From Macrostomum lignano (Eukaryota): 64,000 nt of DNA. Each line of letters opens with the position of its first letter. Positions within the stretch are counted from its first letter, which is position 1. Both the position numbers and the translations under genes were made by a program. The notes below the pieces were generated by a model. It made no database searches. It saw nothing but the letters and a program-made list of their open reading frames with translations, and was not told the origin of the DNA. This document shows, one piece after another, positions 13,704 to 26,400 of the stretch. Where the stretch lies: contig NIVC01000874.1 of assembly GCA_002269645.1 (NCBI GenBank), positions 1 to 64,000 of the forward strand, read 5' to 3'.

Positions 13704-14152
13704 GCGGGCAGATCACGAGCGTACGGTAGTTGCGGCAACAAAAGTTAATGAGCTCAGACTGCGAGGCAAACATGCGGGAGGCGGCATCAGAAAAATCTGC
13801 ATGCGACCAGGAAGGCGAAAGGCCTCCAAACTGATGCTGTTCCTGATGCACAGCAGAGCCACAGTCTGGTACACCTGCAGGAAGCGCGGGTCACGACAGC
13901 TCAGCCGATTGATCATGCCAGCCGATGCGGTGCTGTCGGCGTAGATGACTTTTTGCAGTTCTTTAGCTGAGAGCGACGGTGCAGGATGATCCGAAAAGGT
14001 GCCAGAGCCTCCTTGAAGTTGATATGAACATCCGTGAATCTCCCAGTCGATGACACTCCAGAAACTCTCGGCACCCCAGATGATTGCGGCTGCGCCTGAC
14101 CGGCTGCTGTCAGTCTCCATGGCAAACTCCTCATCAAAGCGCGGCCACAAAG

Positions 14153-14400
14153 TGTTAAGTTTTGGCCGAAGAATGATAACAAATTCAAAGACAACTTTTA
14201 TGAGCAGCCCTTGGCTTGCTACTTTCTATAACGTTCGCTCGCTCTATAAGCGAGGTGTTTTGGATCCTTTTATTTTATACCGCTTACGAGCATAGCTTAT
14301 GCTTCTCGATGTCGTGGTCTATCAAACGGAACGAGTTTGTAACCATAGACATACAGCCACAAAGTAAATTCAGTTATAGCTAAGAGCTCGATAGCTCAAA
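14153..14400 (-). repeat. 3' LTR (248 bp)
   Basis: Near-identical to 18153-18402. Confidence 0.95.
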
Positions 14401-17400
14401 CTCCTCCACGGTAGATAGAGTTTACTTAGGTACACCTAGAAATCGGTATTGCAGTCTGTCAGGTGTTCGTCTAGCTCGCTGACTCCGTCGAACCCTTGGT
14501 GCTTCAATGTCTTGGGGCTCTGGGTCTTCGTCAATCGGAGCTGAAACATCTGCTGCCGGTGTTTGGTCCTCCGTCACCCTTGGCTTCACCTGCTCCAGGT
14601 GGCGTCGGAATTGTCGTCCATCGCTAAACTCCACGTCGACAACCACGTTGCCTTTGCGGGAAATGATCTCTCCCTCTCTCCATTTTGCTGTCTCGTTGTT
14701 CTACGTCTTCACCCACACGGGCTCCCGAGACCGTAATAAATGACCGCGCATTAACTCCGCAGGAGATTTTCCCGTAGTTGCGTGCTTCGCGTTTCTGTAC
14801 TGCAAGAGATATCGGTCAATGCACGTTTGAAGATCAGTCTCACTAGAAGCTCTTACATGGTTTTTCAAATCGCGCACAAATATCTCAGCCAGTCCATTTG
14901 ATCTCGGGTGGTATGGAGGGGCGAGCACGTGGTGGCACTGAATTCCTTTCAGCCAGCCCTCCATCTCCGCAGAAATGAACTGAGGTCCATTGTCCGACAC
15001 GATAGTCGCTGGTACTCCCTCCTGGGCGAATGTCCGCCGTAGTCGCTTGATTGTTTCTGTGCTCGAAGTACTCCTGGTGACATGAACCTCGGCCCACTTG
15101 CTGTAGGCGTCTATTATCACTAGAAGGTAGTTGCCTCCGGGTAGAGGTCCGGCGTAGTCAACATGGACTCGTGCCCACCTTTCAGTCTCGTCTGGCCAAG
15201 AAGTCCAGTGTCGAGTAATGCCGTGGTATTTGTTTTGTTGGCACGAAGAGCATCGCTTATAGAACTCGACGATGTCGCGATCAATTTTCAGCCACCAGAC
15301 ACACTGCCTGGCTATCGACTTCATCTTGTCAGGCCCGATGTGACCGTTATGAAGCAGCCGTAGAACCGCTTGTCGCTCTTGACTCGGTACCAACAGGCGA
15401 ATTCCTCGGTAGAGTAGTCGATCTTCAATCACCAGCTCGTTCCGATACGAGTGGTACTGCTGAAGTTCTTCCGATACAGGTGTTTTCCAACCGTGCTTTA
15501 CTAAACCGAAAAGCTTTCTTGTTTCCCTATCACCCTTGGATTGCCACCTTAGTCGGTTCTTGTTGATCGGTATTGCTACGATGCATTCTTGTACGGAGCT
15601 GACGTCGAATTGCTCTTGCTCTGCGGTGCTAGTCTTGAGACGAGATAGAGCATCCGCCACTAGTATCTCCTCAGATCGTTTGCACTCTATAGAGTAGTCG
15701 TATCCCATCAGTGCTACCGCCCACCGTTGCACTCGAGCTGCTGCGACGGTAGAAAGTGCTCACTTCGGATCAAATATGAACTTTAACGGGTGGTGATCGG
15801 TGCGCAGTATGAACTTGCGGCCAAAGAGATACTTGTGTAACCGCTTAACTGACTATACTATGGCGAGTGCTTCCCTCTCAATCTGTGCGTAGTTTCGCTT
15901 TGCTGATGTCAGTGTTTTAGAAATGAACATCACTGGTCCTGCTTCTTGTTCCAATACGGCTCCAAATCCTGAAGGTGACGCATCAGTCGTGAGCCAGATG
16001 TTTCCCGTCGGGTCAAACGGCTTCAGGTGCACTGCGTTAAGGAGTCGCTCTTTGATATTGTTGAATGCTTCTTTCTCCCCTTTCCCCCAGGACCATTTGA
16101 CGCCGGTTCTCGTCAGGTTGGTCAAGGGTTCCTTCAAGCTCGCTAGGTTAGGGATGCATCGAGCGTAGAACTCCACCATTCCGATGAAGGACATCAGTTG
16201 TTTTGCATCCGTCGGTTCGCCCAAGCCAGCAATCGCCTCGACTTTCTTCTTTGGAGGTCTGATTCCGTTGTCGCTGATCTCAAAACCAAGGAAGACTATT
16301 GACTGCTGATTGAAAACGCGCTTGTCCGTATTGATGTTTAAACCGTTCTGTTTAATAACTTGAAGAACTTTTGACAGTCTTTCATCATGGTCAGCCTGAT
16401 TGGCGCCCCACACTAGGATGTCATCCTGGTACGAGATAACTCCGTCAAGGTTAAGCAGAAGCTTGTCCATGAAAGTTTGGAAGATGGCAGGAGCCTGTTT
16501 CACACCGTATGCCAGAGCAGTCGGCCTGTACAAGCCAAATGGGGTGCTCCAGGTCTGCATCACGCTGCTCCACTGGAACCTGCAGATAGGCATTGGTGAG
16601 ATCTAGGGTGGAAAACCGTTTAGCCTTGCCCAGCCGGGACAGTACCTCGTCAATCGAAGGCGTTGAAGAAATCATGTCCTTGAGTCTGGGGTTCAAGGTC
16701 ACTTTGTAGTCTCCGCAGATCCTGATTTTCCCGGATTGCTTGCGCACGCAGACTATGGGAGTCGCCCAGTCGCTTGATTCCACTTTCTTCAACTGGCCCT
16801 CTCGCTCCATGCGGTGCAGCTCCACCTTGACGTCGTCTGCTAAGCCAAAAGGGATCTGTCTGGGCTTCACGAAAATCGGTTGCGTTCCGCTTTCGATCTC
16901 TAGAGACGCACACGGTTTCTTGCCATTGGCACTGTTATCATTTATGCTGCTTACTGGACCGTTAACTCGGCAGAGACAATTGTAGAGTTCGGGTTCTACG
17001 CTCGTAGTACGGACAACCAGTCGAGAACGTAGATTGATTCGGAATTTGGCCGGTCCGCCACGAAAAGCGGTAGCCTTGCATGTTGCCCGTTGTGTTCGAC
17101 GCTTACTTCTGCCTCCCCCGTAGGCTTACTTGGTCTCCTTGGTAGGCGGCGAATCGTCGTAGCGTTGGCTTCAGCTCCGCTTCGGCTGGGAGTCGCTCAA
17201 AGGCACTGTTGGACATGTATGATGCAGAAGATCCAGTGTCCAGAATCATCTTGACCTCTAATCCGTTGAATATTAGGCTCCTCACGATCCTGGAACCCTC
17301 AGGCCCAGAGTGCGGGAGTCTGCAGCACTGAAGTGTAAAGATGCGATCATCAGCGTCGTCTATCAGCCGAACGCCTGCTCGTTTGTCCGTTCCGCATCCA

Positions 17401-18152
17401 GGCCCCTTGGACCTGCAGACTGTTTTGAGGTGTCCTGGCTTGCCACAGTTCAAGCAGGACTTTGTTCGATGCTGACAGGTTTGCTTTGAGTGTCCACAGC
17501 AAAAGCATTTAACCTCGCATCGTCCGCCCTTTTTGCCGCTTTTAGAACCGTTTTCATGTCGAGTTGTCTTCGTAGGTTTCCCATGACCCGCGTGCCCTCG
17601 ACTCACGAACAGCACTTCGCCTCCAGCGATTTGTTTTTCTCCTCGGCTGACGGCTTCACAAGCGCTGGCGAGCGAGATTACCCTCTCAAAGGTGAGATCT
17701 GACGCCTTTTCAATCAGTAGCTTCCTGACGATGTTCTTGTTCGCCAGGCCAAACACGAACTGATCTCTCAGCCGCTCGTTCTGGTCTGAGAAGTTGCAGT
17801 TCTCCGCCATGTGACGCAGTAGTCTGGCGTACGCAGGTGCGTCCTCACCGCTGTCTTGCTTCAGGTGATGGAAGGCGTATCGGTGTGCGATCTCGGACTT
17901 TGTTGCTCGAGTTTCCAAGACGAGAAGATCCTTTAACTCGTCGTAGCTCTTGTCCTCGGGCTTTCCCGGGAGAGTCGCATCAGACAGCAGGCCGAAGGCT
18001 TTCTTGCCCATCTGTGCGATGAGGGCGAACTTCATGGTGTCGTCCTCCCATTTGTTGATTTTCGCCACCGCCTCGAACCTTTAAAACCATCGCCCGATGT
18101 CCACTGGAGAGTCGGTCTCCAAGGGCTCGATTTGACCAGCCGTCGTCGCCAG

Positions 18153-18402
18153 TGTTAAGTTTTGGCCGAAGAATGATAACAAATTCAAAGACAACTTTTA
18201 TGAGCAGCCCTTGGCTTGCTACTTTCTATAACGTTCGCTCGCTCTATAAGCGAGGTGTTTTGGATCCTTTTATTTTATACCGCTTACGAGCATAGCTTAT
18301 GCTTCTCGATGTCGTGGTCTGTATCAAACGGAACGAGTTTGTAACCATAGACATACAGCCACAAAGTAAATTCAGTTATAGCTAAGAGCTCGATAGCTCA
18401 CA
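18153..18402 (-). repeat. 5' LTR (250 bp)
   Basis: TG...CA ends, followed on the minus strand by the PBS. Confidence 0.95.
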
Positions 18403-19279
18403 CAAAGCCACCGGGTGGAGCCAAGCCAGGGCTCTGAGCCACCAGGACAGGTTGGCGCGGGTCTCATCGGTCACCCAAAGCTTGCAGTCAACAGCAGTTG
18501 TCAGCCAGTCGAAGAGCGGACGCAGGAAAACTCTGACATTAGGGACAATCTGACAGAACCAGCCAAGCTTGCCAATCAGCTTCTGAGCAGAGCGCATGTG
18601 CACCCGAGTCTCCGAGCAGGTTTGAGTCAGCAGCTTTGTCGTCTCGAGAGCTTTCTCCTCGGGCAGCGACTTGGTGCCGGTAGCGGTGCTGATGCGCACG
18701 CCAAGGAAGTCGATGCATTGCGTAGGTCTGACAACCTTGTCTCAGTTGATGGTAAAGCCGAGGCGCTGCAAGATGTCCAGCAGGCAATTGAAAGCAGCGA
18801 AAGCCTCGGACTCGGATTTCCCAGCGACTGCCCAGTCATCCAAGCGGTTCATTGTAGCAGAAAAGCCAAGCCGGTGCATGTGCCGGGTAACGGTGGCTGA
18901 AAGACGGTGAAAAACTTCGCAAGCAGCGTTTGCGCCGAATGGAAGCCTGGTGTCGCAGAGCAGACTGTCCTACCGCCAGGCGAGGCCGACGAGCCGGTAG
19001 TCAGCAGGCCTGATTGGCACGGACCTGTAAGCGCTTTTGAGATCAATTTTGGCCATGTAGTGTCCCGGACGGAGATGACGAACCAGCTGCTGGACAGTGC
19101 AGTACTTGATGTGCTTCTGTTGGTCGTAGAAGTCGTTGACTGACTGGCCGGTCGGATAGGACAGATCATGGATCAGGCGGACCCGCCCATCGGACTTGGG
19201 AAGGGCGCCGATGGGGTTGACTTTGATCGGGCCGCTCCACCGGATGTTCCTACCAAGGCGGCTCCCAAAAGTCCTGATT

Positions 19280-19600
19280 GCAAGCTCTTCTGATAATGCG
19301 GATATTTGGCTGCCAGTGTCGATACACATTCTTGAGCGGAGATTCCCAATCTTAAACTTCTTGTACCATGAATGACTGCTGTAAACTGCGATTCCTATAG
19401 AAAGAGTCTGGGTAGTTTATCGGTCTCACTGTTGGAATTTTCCAGTTCGTTACAGTGCATTTTCGTAACTCCAGATCGGCATACCGTCGCAATTTGACCT
19501 TGCTTGCCGCACTTGTTGCATGTTGACTTACCAAAATTAGGTAGATCTTAAGTGTCTTGACTACTTGCCGCAGGAAAAGCAAACGCCTTTTGAAATTTCT
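19280..19600 (-). pseudogene. Gypsy gag zinc-knuckle and protease fragment
   Basis: Minus-strand reading gives GVCFSCGK...STCNKCGKQGQIATVCRS followed by CIDTGSQISALSEELA. Confidence 0.7.
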
Positions 19601-19865
19601 GCATTATGACTCAACCTGGCTTATGTTATGTGCAAATTTGTGTAATTCTTCGTTGGACCGCCGTCGTTGAAATCGAAGAGGCCGGCTCTAAATTGAATAA
19701 ATTTATACACAACAAAACGATGAACAGCGAAAAAACGACACACACTTATTCGTTTTGTTTTTTTTACTCAAACTAGCACCTTCAGCCTCCATGCACTTCT
19801 GCCAACGCCACCTCCTCGATGCCAGCACTCATGGGATTGTTCGCAACAGTCGCGATTCCATGCCA

Positions 19866-22830
19866 TGTTATGTTCTTGGCCTTAAGTCACAGTAATCGGT
19901 GCTAGGCCGAAAATGAGTTAATATATTTTGTCGCTTGTTTGGGGTCGACATATAAACGGGGGCAGATGGTTTCGCACATAGACGAATAATTGGCATACGC
20001 ACACAACACCTCCCCTTCTAAGCAAAACAGTTTTACAGTTCTTTCTTCCTCATCTCCCCTTTTAAGCGTTAACTGGTTCACCCAACTTCCTGTAATGCAA
20101 CTTGGGTGCCGGGACTCCCTTGTTCGACCGTTGACTTTGCCTTGGCTGTGCGGTCTTTGGCTTGTCCGGGGCGTCTTGTGCTTCACCTTGCTTCTGAGAT
20201 GCACCAGTAGTAGAGAGCTGTTCTTGTGGTAGACATCGGCGGATTTACACGCGATTGCGACGGAAAATTCGGCCGCTTACTAACTTGACCCTGTAGTCCT
20301 GGTGCCGACCAACTTCTACTACGACGCCCTTCTTGTCCCAAAGCTTTGTGACAGGGTTTTGAAGAACAACGTGACTGCCGACTCGGAGAGGTTCCAGTTG
20401 TCGCTTCGAGGCATTGTAGTGTTGATGAACTTTAGCGTGAACTTTAGCGTGAGCTTTTTCCTCCATTTTCCAGACCTTGTCCTTCCATTCCTTTGCAAAA
20501 CTTTTCCTATGCGCGGGCAGCGTGTCTCTGACTGTGGGTCCATAGACCATTACAGATGGAATTCTGCCATCGTACATGGGCGTGTTTCGCAGCTGCAGCA
20601 AACCCTGAGCCATCTTGTCTTTCTTCAAGTCATTCAAGCGACTGTCCCATGCTCCTCGAATGATCTTCTTTATACTTTTCACGGCAGCTTCTGCTCTACC
20701 ATTGCTTTGATGGTAATACGGAGATGAGTATTTGATGTTCACACCCCAGCGACGTAGAAAATTAACGAACGGCTGTGCTTTAAATTGTGGCCCACAGTCT
20801 GCACAGAATTTCTCCGGTACAGCTGTTTGGCAAAAGAATTCGCGGCAAGCGTTTATCAGCTTGTACGTGGGTGCTCGATCACCGAAATGACAGAACGCTG
20901 GCCAGCCTGAGTATGCATCCACGAGCACAAGGAACTTCTTGCCGGCATGCTCGCAGAAATCTGCATGTATGTGTTGAAAACATCGATCCGGTTGGTCCTG
21001 GGTTGTCATCGGCTCCCTGATCTGCGATGGTAGATGTTCCCGACAGGACTGACACTGCTTGACTGTATTTTCAATGTCCCGATCGATGCCAGGCCAGTAG
21101 ACGACCATCCCTGCTCTCTGCTTTGTCTTGTACAGACCTTGGTGACTTGCGTGTAAGTCCGTCAAAATCTGCTTCCTCATTGCATGTGGTATGACGCAAC
21201 GACATCCGCATAGAATGATGCCGTCGTCGACTGAGAGCTTGTCTCTTACATGCCAAAATGACCGAATGCAAAGAGGTAAGTTTGCCTTGTCATTGGGAAA
21301 GCCATCCCGAATATATTGCATCAGGTCTTGCAACTCCTGATCAGAAGCTGTGCTTTGTCGCACGCTTTGCAGAATAGGATCCAGCTCTGCTGATTCGAGG
21401 TGCATTAAGAGCTGATTGGTAAGTTGAAAATCTGCAGACTCGCCCAGTTCATCCTGTGCAGTCGGATTGTCCACTGGTGCTCGCGACAGAGCGTCTGCGT
21501 CGGCATTGTCCTTGCCTTTTACCCATCGCGCCTTGTATACGTAGCGGTTCAGTTTCGCTCAAAGACGCTGAATCCTGGGATTTTCTATTTGATCCAGCTG
21601 GTAACTGTTCAGGATTGGTATCAGCCGCTTGTGGTCGGTTACAATTTCAAACTCATGAAGGCCCTCAAGGAAGAGTCTGCACTTCTGAGTCGCCCAGACC
21701 ACAGCTAAAAGTTCCAACTCGATCATGGCATAGCGTGACTCGGTCTCTGAAATGAATCTCGAGCCAGCTTGAACCACACGCCAGCTTCCATCGGTCTGCT
21801 GATGTTTGAGCAAGAATCCGATTCCCTTAAGTCGAGATGCATCCGTGTGCAGGGCTGTTGGCTTGCGTTGGTCATAATAGGCCAGTGTAGGAGCAATTGC
21901 CAGGCGGCGACGGGCTTCTTCAAATGCCGTTTGATGTTCGTCTCCCCATTGAAATAAATTCTTCTCGGACAGCAGCGGCCTTAACGAGGCTGTGACTTCT
22001 GCTATGTCTGACGTAAACGTGCCGACTTGGTTGACTAGGCCAAAGAACGCGCGTAGGTCGGTAATATTGTTTGGAGTGGGAAATTTTCTGACCGCTTTCA
22101 TAAGCTCCGGATCAATGCTGTAGCCATCAGCTGACAATCGAAATCCGGCAAAATCAATTTGAGTCTTGCAAAATGCAAACTTTTTATTTAATGCTACCCC
22201 ATTGTCTTGACAGCGCTGCAGAAACTGACGAACCGCTTGTACGCGTGATTCCTCGTCAGAAGTTGCGACCAGACAGTCATCAACGACATGCCAAACTTCT
22301 TTGAGTCCTTGAAAAGTTTCGTCAAGTCTCTGGTTGTAATATTAAGAAATAGAGCTTATACCGAATGGTGCCATCCTAAACATATAACGACCAAACGGCG
22401 TGATGAACGTTGTCAGGTGCATACTTTCTTTAGCCAGCGGTATTTGGTGGTATCCCTTCATGGCGTCAACTACAGAGAAATACTTGGCGCGACTAGCATC
22501 TGTGCTTGCAACGACTTCCAATGGCGTCTTAGACTGATACCTTGGTCGAATAACATATTTGTTTAATTCCCGAAAGTCGACGCACATCCGTATCCCATTG
22601 TCTTTCTTTGGCGCCACCACTATCGGTGCACACCTCTGCGTAGAAGCAGTGACTTTGCAGATTATTTCCTGGGCTTCCAACGAGTCCAGCTCAGCTTTAA
22701 GTCGCTCGTACAATGGGAACGGTATCCTCCTTGGTGTCTTAATGGAGAAAGGTTGAGCGTCTTTACGAAGCTTGATCGAAAATGCTTCACCCTTCATTGG
22801 TCTTATCGCTTTTGACGCTCTAGATAAGAC
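19866..22830 (-). mobile_element. Gypsy element, 3' portion (RT-RNase H-integrase-PPT-LTR), related to the 6138-10290 element
   Basis: RT VVDAMKGYHQI (22342-22839), RNase H HTDASRLKGIG (21559-22137), integrase (20245-21474), PPT AGAAGGGGAGG at 20009-20019, then a TGTTG...TAACA LTR at 19866-20008. Confidence 0.9.
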
Positions 22831-23457
22831 TTTAGACATTCAAAACAAGACTGCATAGGATCGCAAGCAAGGCCAGGCTAGCCACGGCCAGAGCATGCCC
22901 AGTCTTGGCTGCAGGAATGGCTTGGCCATAGACTAAAAAATGGAATATCTGAGCATCTGATTTTTTGTATTTTTTGCTGGACTTTTGCTAAAATTGTAAC
23001 AGAATGAAATTTAACAAAAACAGATTTTTTAAACCCAACTTTAAAATTTTGCTTTTATGCCGTATTTGAGGAGAGATGTAGTGTAGTTCAGTGCGATGTA
23101 CAATATTGGCGCGCAAATAGTATTAGTCACGTGTTGCAATGTATTACGTAAGACTCACGCGCACTTACTCTTCACATATACTTGCAGGGCAAGTCGGCCC
23201 ATTTCTAAGATTCTTCGTGCACTCGCAAACCCTCCGATTTTGTCTGAGTCACTACAATTACGAAATTATATTATACGAAATTAAAAATTATAATTTCGTA
23301 AGTTCGTATTATCAAAGATAAAATGCGAATGTTCGCCTTTGCTTTCATTTTCCTGACTTTCCGGAAAATACAGTGCAATGGTTTATTGTCTTTCTCGTGC
23401 AAAATTTAACTGCCCAGACGACAGCCAGCGCCTCTCGCTACGAGCGTAAATTTGAGC

Positions 23458-26400
23458 TCGTAAGCTGTTGGAACAGCGTATGGATCCAATGGTGCTCCGC
23501 GCGTACAACGTGCCTGAGCAGCTGATCTCCGCCATCATGGCGATGTACCGTGATACGACAGCTGCTGTGACAACACAGGACGGCCCATCGGACTCCTTTG
23601 AGACATCCTCCGGAGTGCTTCAGGAAGATACGCTGGCGCCGTTCCTTTTCGTCCTGGTGCTTGACTGGGTGCTGCGGACTGCTCTTCCTACCGAGGACGA
23701 CGGCTTTCTGCTGCGGCGACGCGTGGGTCGACATCAACCCGAGAAGCGGCTCAGCGTGCTTGGCTACGCCGACGACCTCGCCCTGCTGTCCTCGACCGTC
23801 GAGGGCCCCCAACGGCAGCTGGACAGGCTAGTTGCCGTTGCGGCGAGCGTCGGCCTGGTGGTCAACACGCAGAAGACCGTTGTGCTCTGCGTGCCGGACG
23901 ACATCGAGGCTGTAATATTCTGCCGAGGCGCTGACGGGCAGACGACCGAGCTCCCGCGATGTCAGCAGTTCGTCTACCTCGGCGGTCTGGTTCCAGACGC
24001 TCGCAAGGACCTGCGACGCCGCCGCGGGCTTGCCTGGGCTGCCTTTCGTTCTGTCCTGCAGTCCGAGGCCCTATTGGACCGCCAGAGGGCGGCGCTGTTC
24101 CAGGCGGTAATCGAGACCGTCCTGCTCTACGACGCCGAGACCTGGACGTTGACGGACTCACTCGAACAGCAAGTCGATGCGGCGCACGCTGGCCTGCTGC
24201 GCGCCGCCTTCAACATCGGCGTCGAGCGAGTCAACAACGCGGCACTCTATCGCCGCGCTGGCCTGCCACGTCCAAGTGATCTACTGCGCCGTCGGCGACT
24301 CCAGCTCGCAGGCCATCTCATCCGCGCCGAGTCGTACTGCCCACAGCCGGTGCAGGAGGTACTTTATTTCTTTCTTTTTCCCAGCGCACCATTAGCGCTG
24401 CGGCGCTAATATAGGCGGGGGCCATCGCCCCATCCCGCGGAGCAACGCGAATAACCTTCCGGCGGGGCCGTCCAGGGGGTCGTCCCCGCTGAAGATGCAG
24501 AGCCGCGGCGCATCTTCGCGGGGGCAGCGGCGGAGGACGTGGTCCACCGTGTCCGGGGCGCCACAGTCCGGGCAGGCCTCGTCGTCTTGCATACCGAGGC
24601 GGTGTCTGGTGGAACCGCACAGGGTGCTGACGCCGGCCCGGAGTTGGTTGAAAGTGACAAACTCCCGGCAATTGCGGAAGGAATGGGTATGGTGAATAGG
24701 AGGGCCGAGAATGCGGGCATCGAGGACGCGGCGATCGTGGCGGATGGCGGCGCGGGCCGAGGTGATACTGATAGGCCCGTGCGCTTGCGCGAGAGTGGCG
24801 GCTTCGGCGGCCGCAAGGTCCACAGCGGTGTTGCCGTCGATGCCGGCGTGTCCGGGGACCCAGCAGAAACGGAAATCTGTGCGGCCGGAGGAGCCGCCGA
24901 TGAGCTGCCAGCAGGTCGCACCGGTAGCGGTGGACTGGCGGGCGGGCCCCTGCTCCAGGGCGGTCAGAGCGCTGAGGCTGTCAGTTAGAACCGCCATGCT
25001 GGGGGTCAGGGCCGGGCCCTCGCGGAGGCAGTAGGACAGGGCGGTCTGGATCGCGACGAGTTCGGCCTGGAAGCTGCTGCACAGGGCACCGGCCGCGGCG
25101 CGGACGGTGACCGCGGGGCGACCGTCCCTGAACTCGATGACGGCGGCGCTGCCCCCGTTGCTGGTACCCTCCTCAGTGGAGCCGTCCGTCCAGGCGATGA
25201 CGGAGCACTCGCGGGCTCGCGCGATGCCGGCCTAGGCGGCGGCTGCCCGGACCTCGGCGGGGGCGTCCCTGCGGGCACTGCAGGCCTGGATGTCGAAGCT
25301 GACGCGGGCCTGGCAGAAGTCGAGCCAGGGAGCGAGGCGAGGCGGGGTCTCGCGGTCAGATTCTCTTAGCGTGGAGGCGCAGACCGGGAGCTCCGAAGCG
25401 GCGCGGCGCCAGCAGCCTCGGAAGGGCCTTGCTCGGTCGAGCTCGAGGCGGGTGTCGTCGGGCGCAGGGGCCTCTTCGAAACTCCGGTTTTTGAGGCGGG
25501 CACGGGTCGTGCGCATAGCAATGCCGTGAGCCGGGCATTCAGGGGGAGCCTGGCGATGCGCTCGAAGAGGTTGGCGGCGCGTTCCACGGCGACAGAAGCT
25601 ATCGGGGGGAGATTCGCGTCGTGCTGCAGCAACCAGTGATCAGCCGCACACAGATTGCCTGCTGACTCTCAATACCGCGACGGGTGCTCGGCGCAGCCCC
25701 GTTAACCCAAATAGCACTGCCGTAGTCGGCACAGGCCCGGATGGTGGCAATGTAGGCAGTGCGCAGGACTCTGGCGTCGGCGCCCGTGCTGCGATGGGCA
25801 AGGGCGTTGAGGGCGCTACGGCGTCGAGCCATCCTCCGGCGGACCTCCGAGCCCTGCTTGGCGAAGTTGAGCTGGCCGTCAAGGGTGACGCAGGCGGGGG
25901 TATTGGTTTTAGGCGATATCGTGGCCGTTGATGTCGAGCCGGAGGCGGACCTTGCCGTTCGTTTCGGACGGGCAAAGGGTGAAGGTCGAATACTCGCATT
26001 TGTCGTAACTGAGGAGGACTTTCCAGAGGGCGCACCAGGCCGCTGTGGCATCGAGGGCTGGTTGGATGCTGCGAGCGCACTCGGTTAGGCGGCGGTTGGT
26101 GGCGAGGAGGCTGCTGTCGTCTGCATACAGATTGATGCCGCATTCTGGGCTAACGGCCCTGATGGCAGCCGGGAGGTCGTTAGCGAAGATGAGCCAGAGG
26201 AGGGGGGCCAGGACACTGCCCTGCGGGAGGCCGTCCTCGAAAACCCGTTCGCGGCTAGTTCTGTTGGCCCATTTGACCTCGGCGCGGCGGTCGCTCAGGA
26301 AGCGGTGGATCCAGAGCACGAAACGTGGGGGAACCCCCAGGTCCCTCATTTTGATGCACAAGGCTCTGATCCAGACGCGGTTGTACGCCCTTTTGAAGTC

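Larger units (their letters stand above)
14153..18402 (-). mobile_element. Full-length Ty3/Gypsy LTR retrotransposon (4250 bp)
   Basis: LTRs 14153-14400 and 18153-18402 differ only by a 2-bp indel and 1 substitution. TSD CAAAG (14148-14152, 18403-18407), PBS TGGCGACGACG (18141-18151), purine-rich tract at about 14401-14412. Gag with two CCHC knuckles and protease LDTGS (17103-18068), RT YQDD, RNase H TDAS, integrase (14422-15732). Several stops and frameshifts. Confidence 0.97.
12228..19275 (-). mobile_element. Tyrosine-recombinase (DIRS-order, Ngaro-like) retrotransposon, 5'-truncated, interrupted by a Gypsy insertion at 14153-18402
   Basis: DIRS-type RT (RLIHDLSYPTGQSVND, AKIDLKSAYR) at 18400-19275, RNase H (ETDSS, YADS) continuing in frame across the insertion, YR at 12652-13703, and a 66-bp direct repeat at the 3' end. 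Confidence 0.85.

Noticed and set aside
19850-19865. TGGCATGGAATCG after the 19866 LTR as a PBS of a tandem element
   Set aside because: Only TGGCA resembles the other PBS, and no gag start follows for about 250 bp.
1230-22830. Frameshifts between gag, pro and pol segments as programmed ribosomal frameshifts
   Set aside because: The breaks are numerous and fall inside conserved domains, so they are decay or sequencing indels. I cannot tell which from sequence alone.
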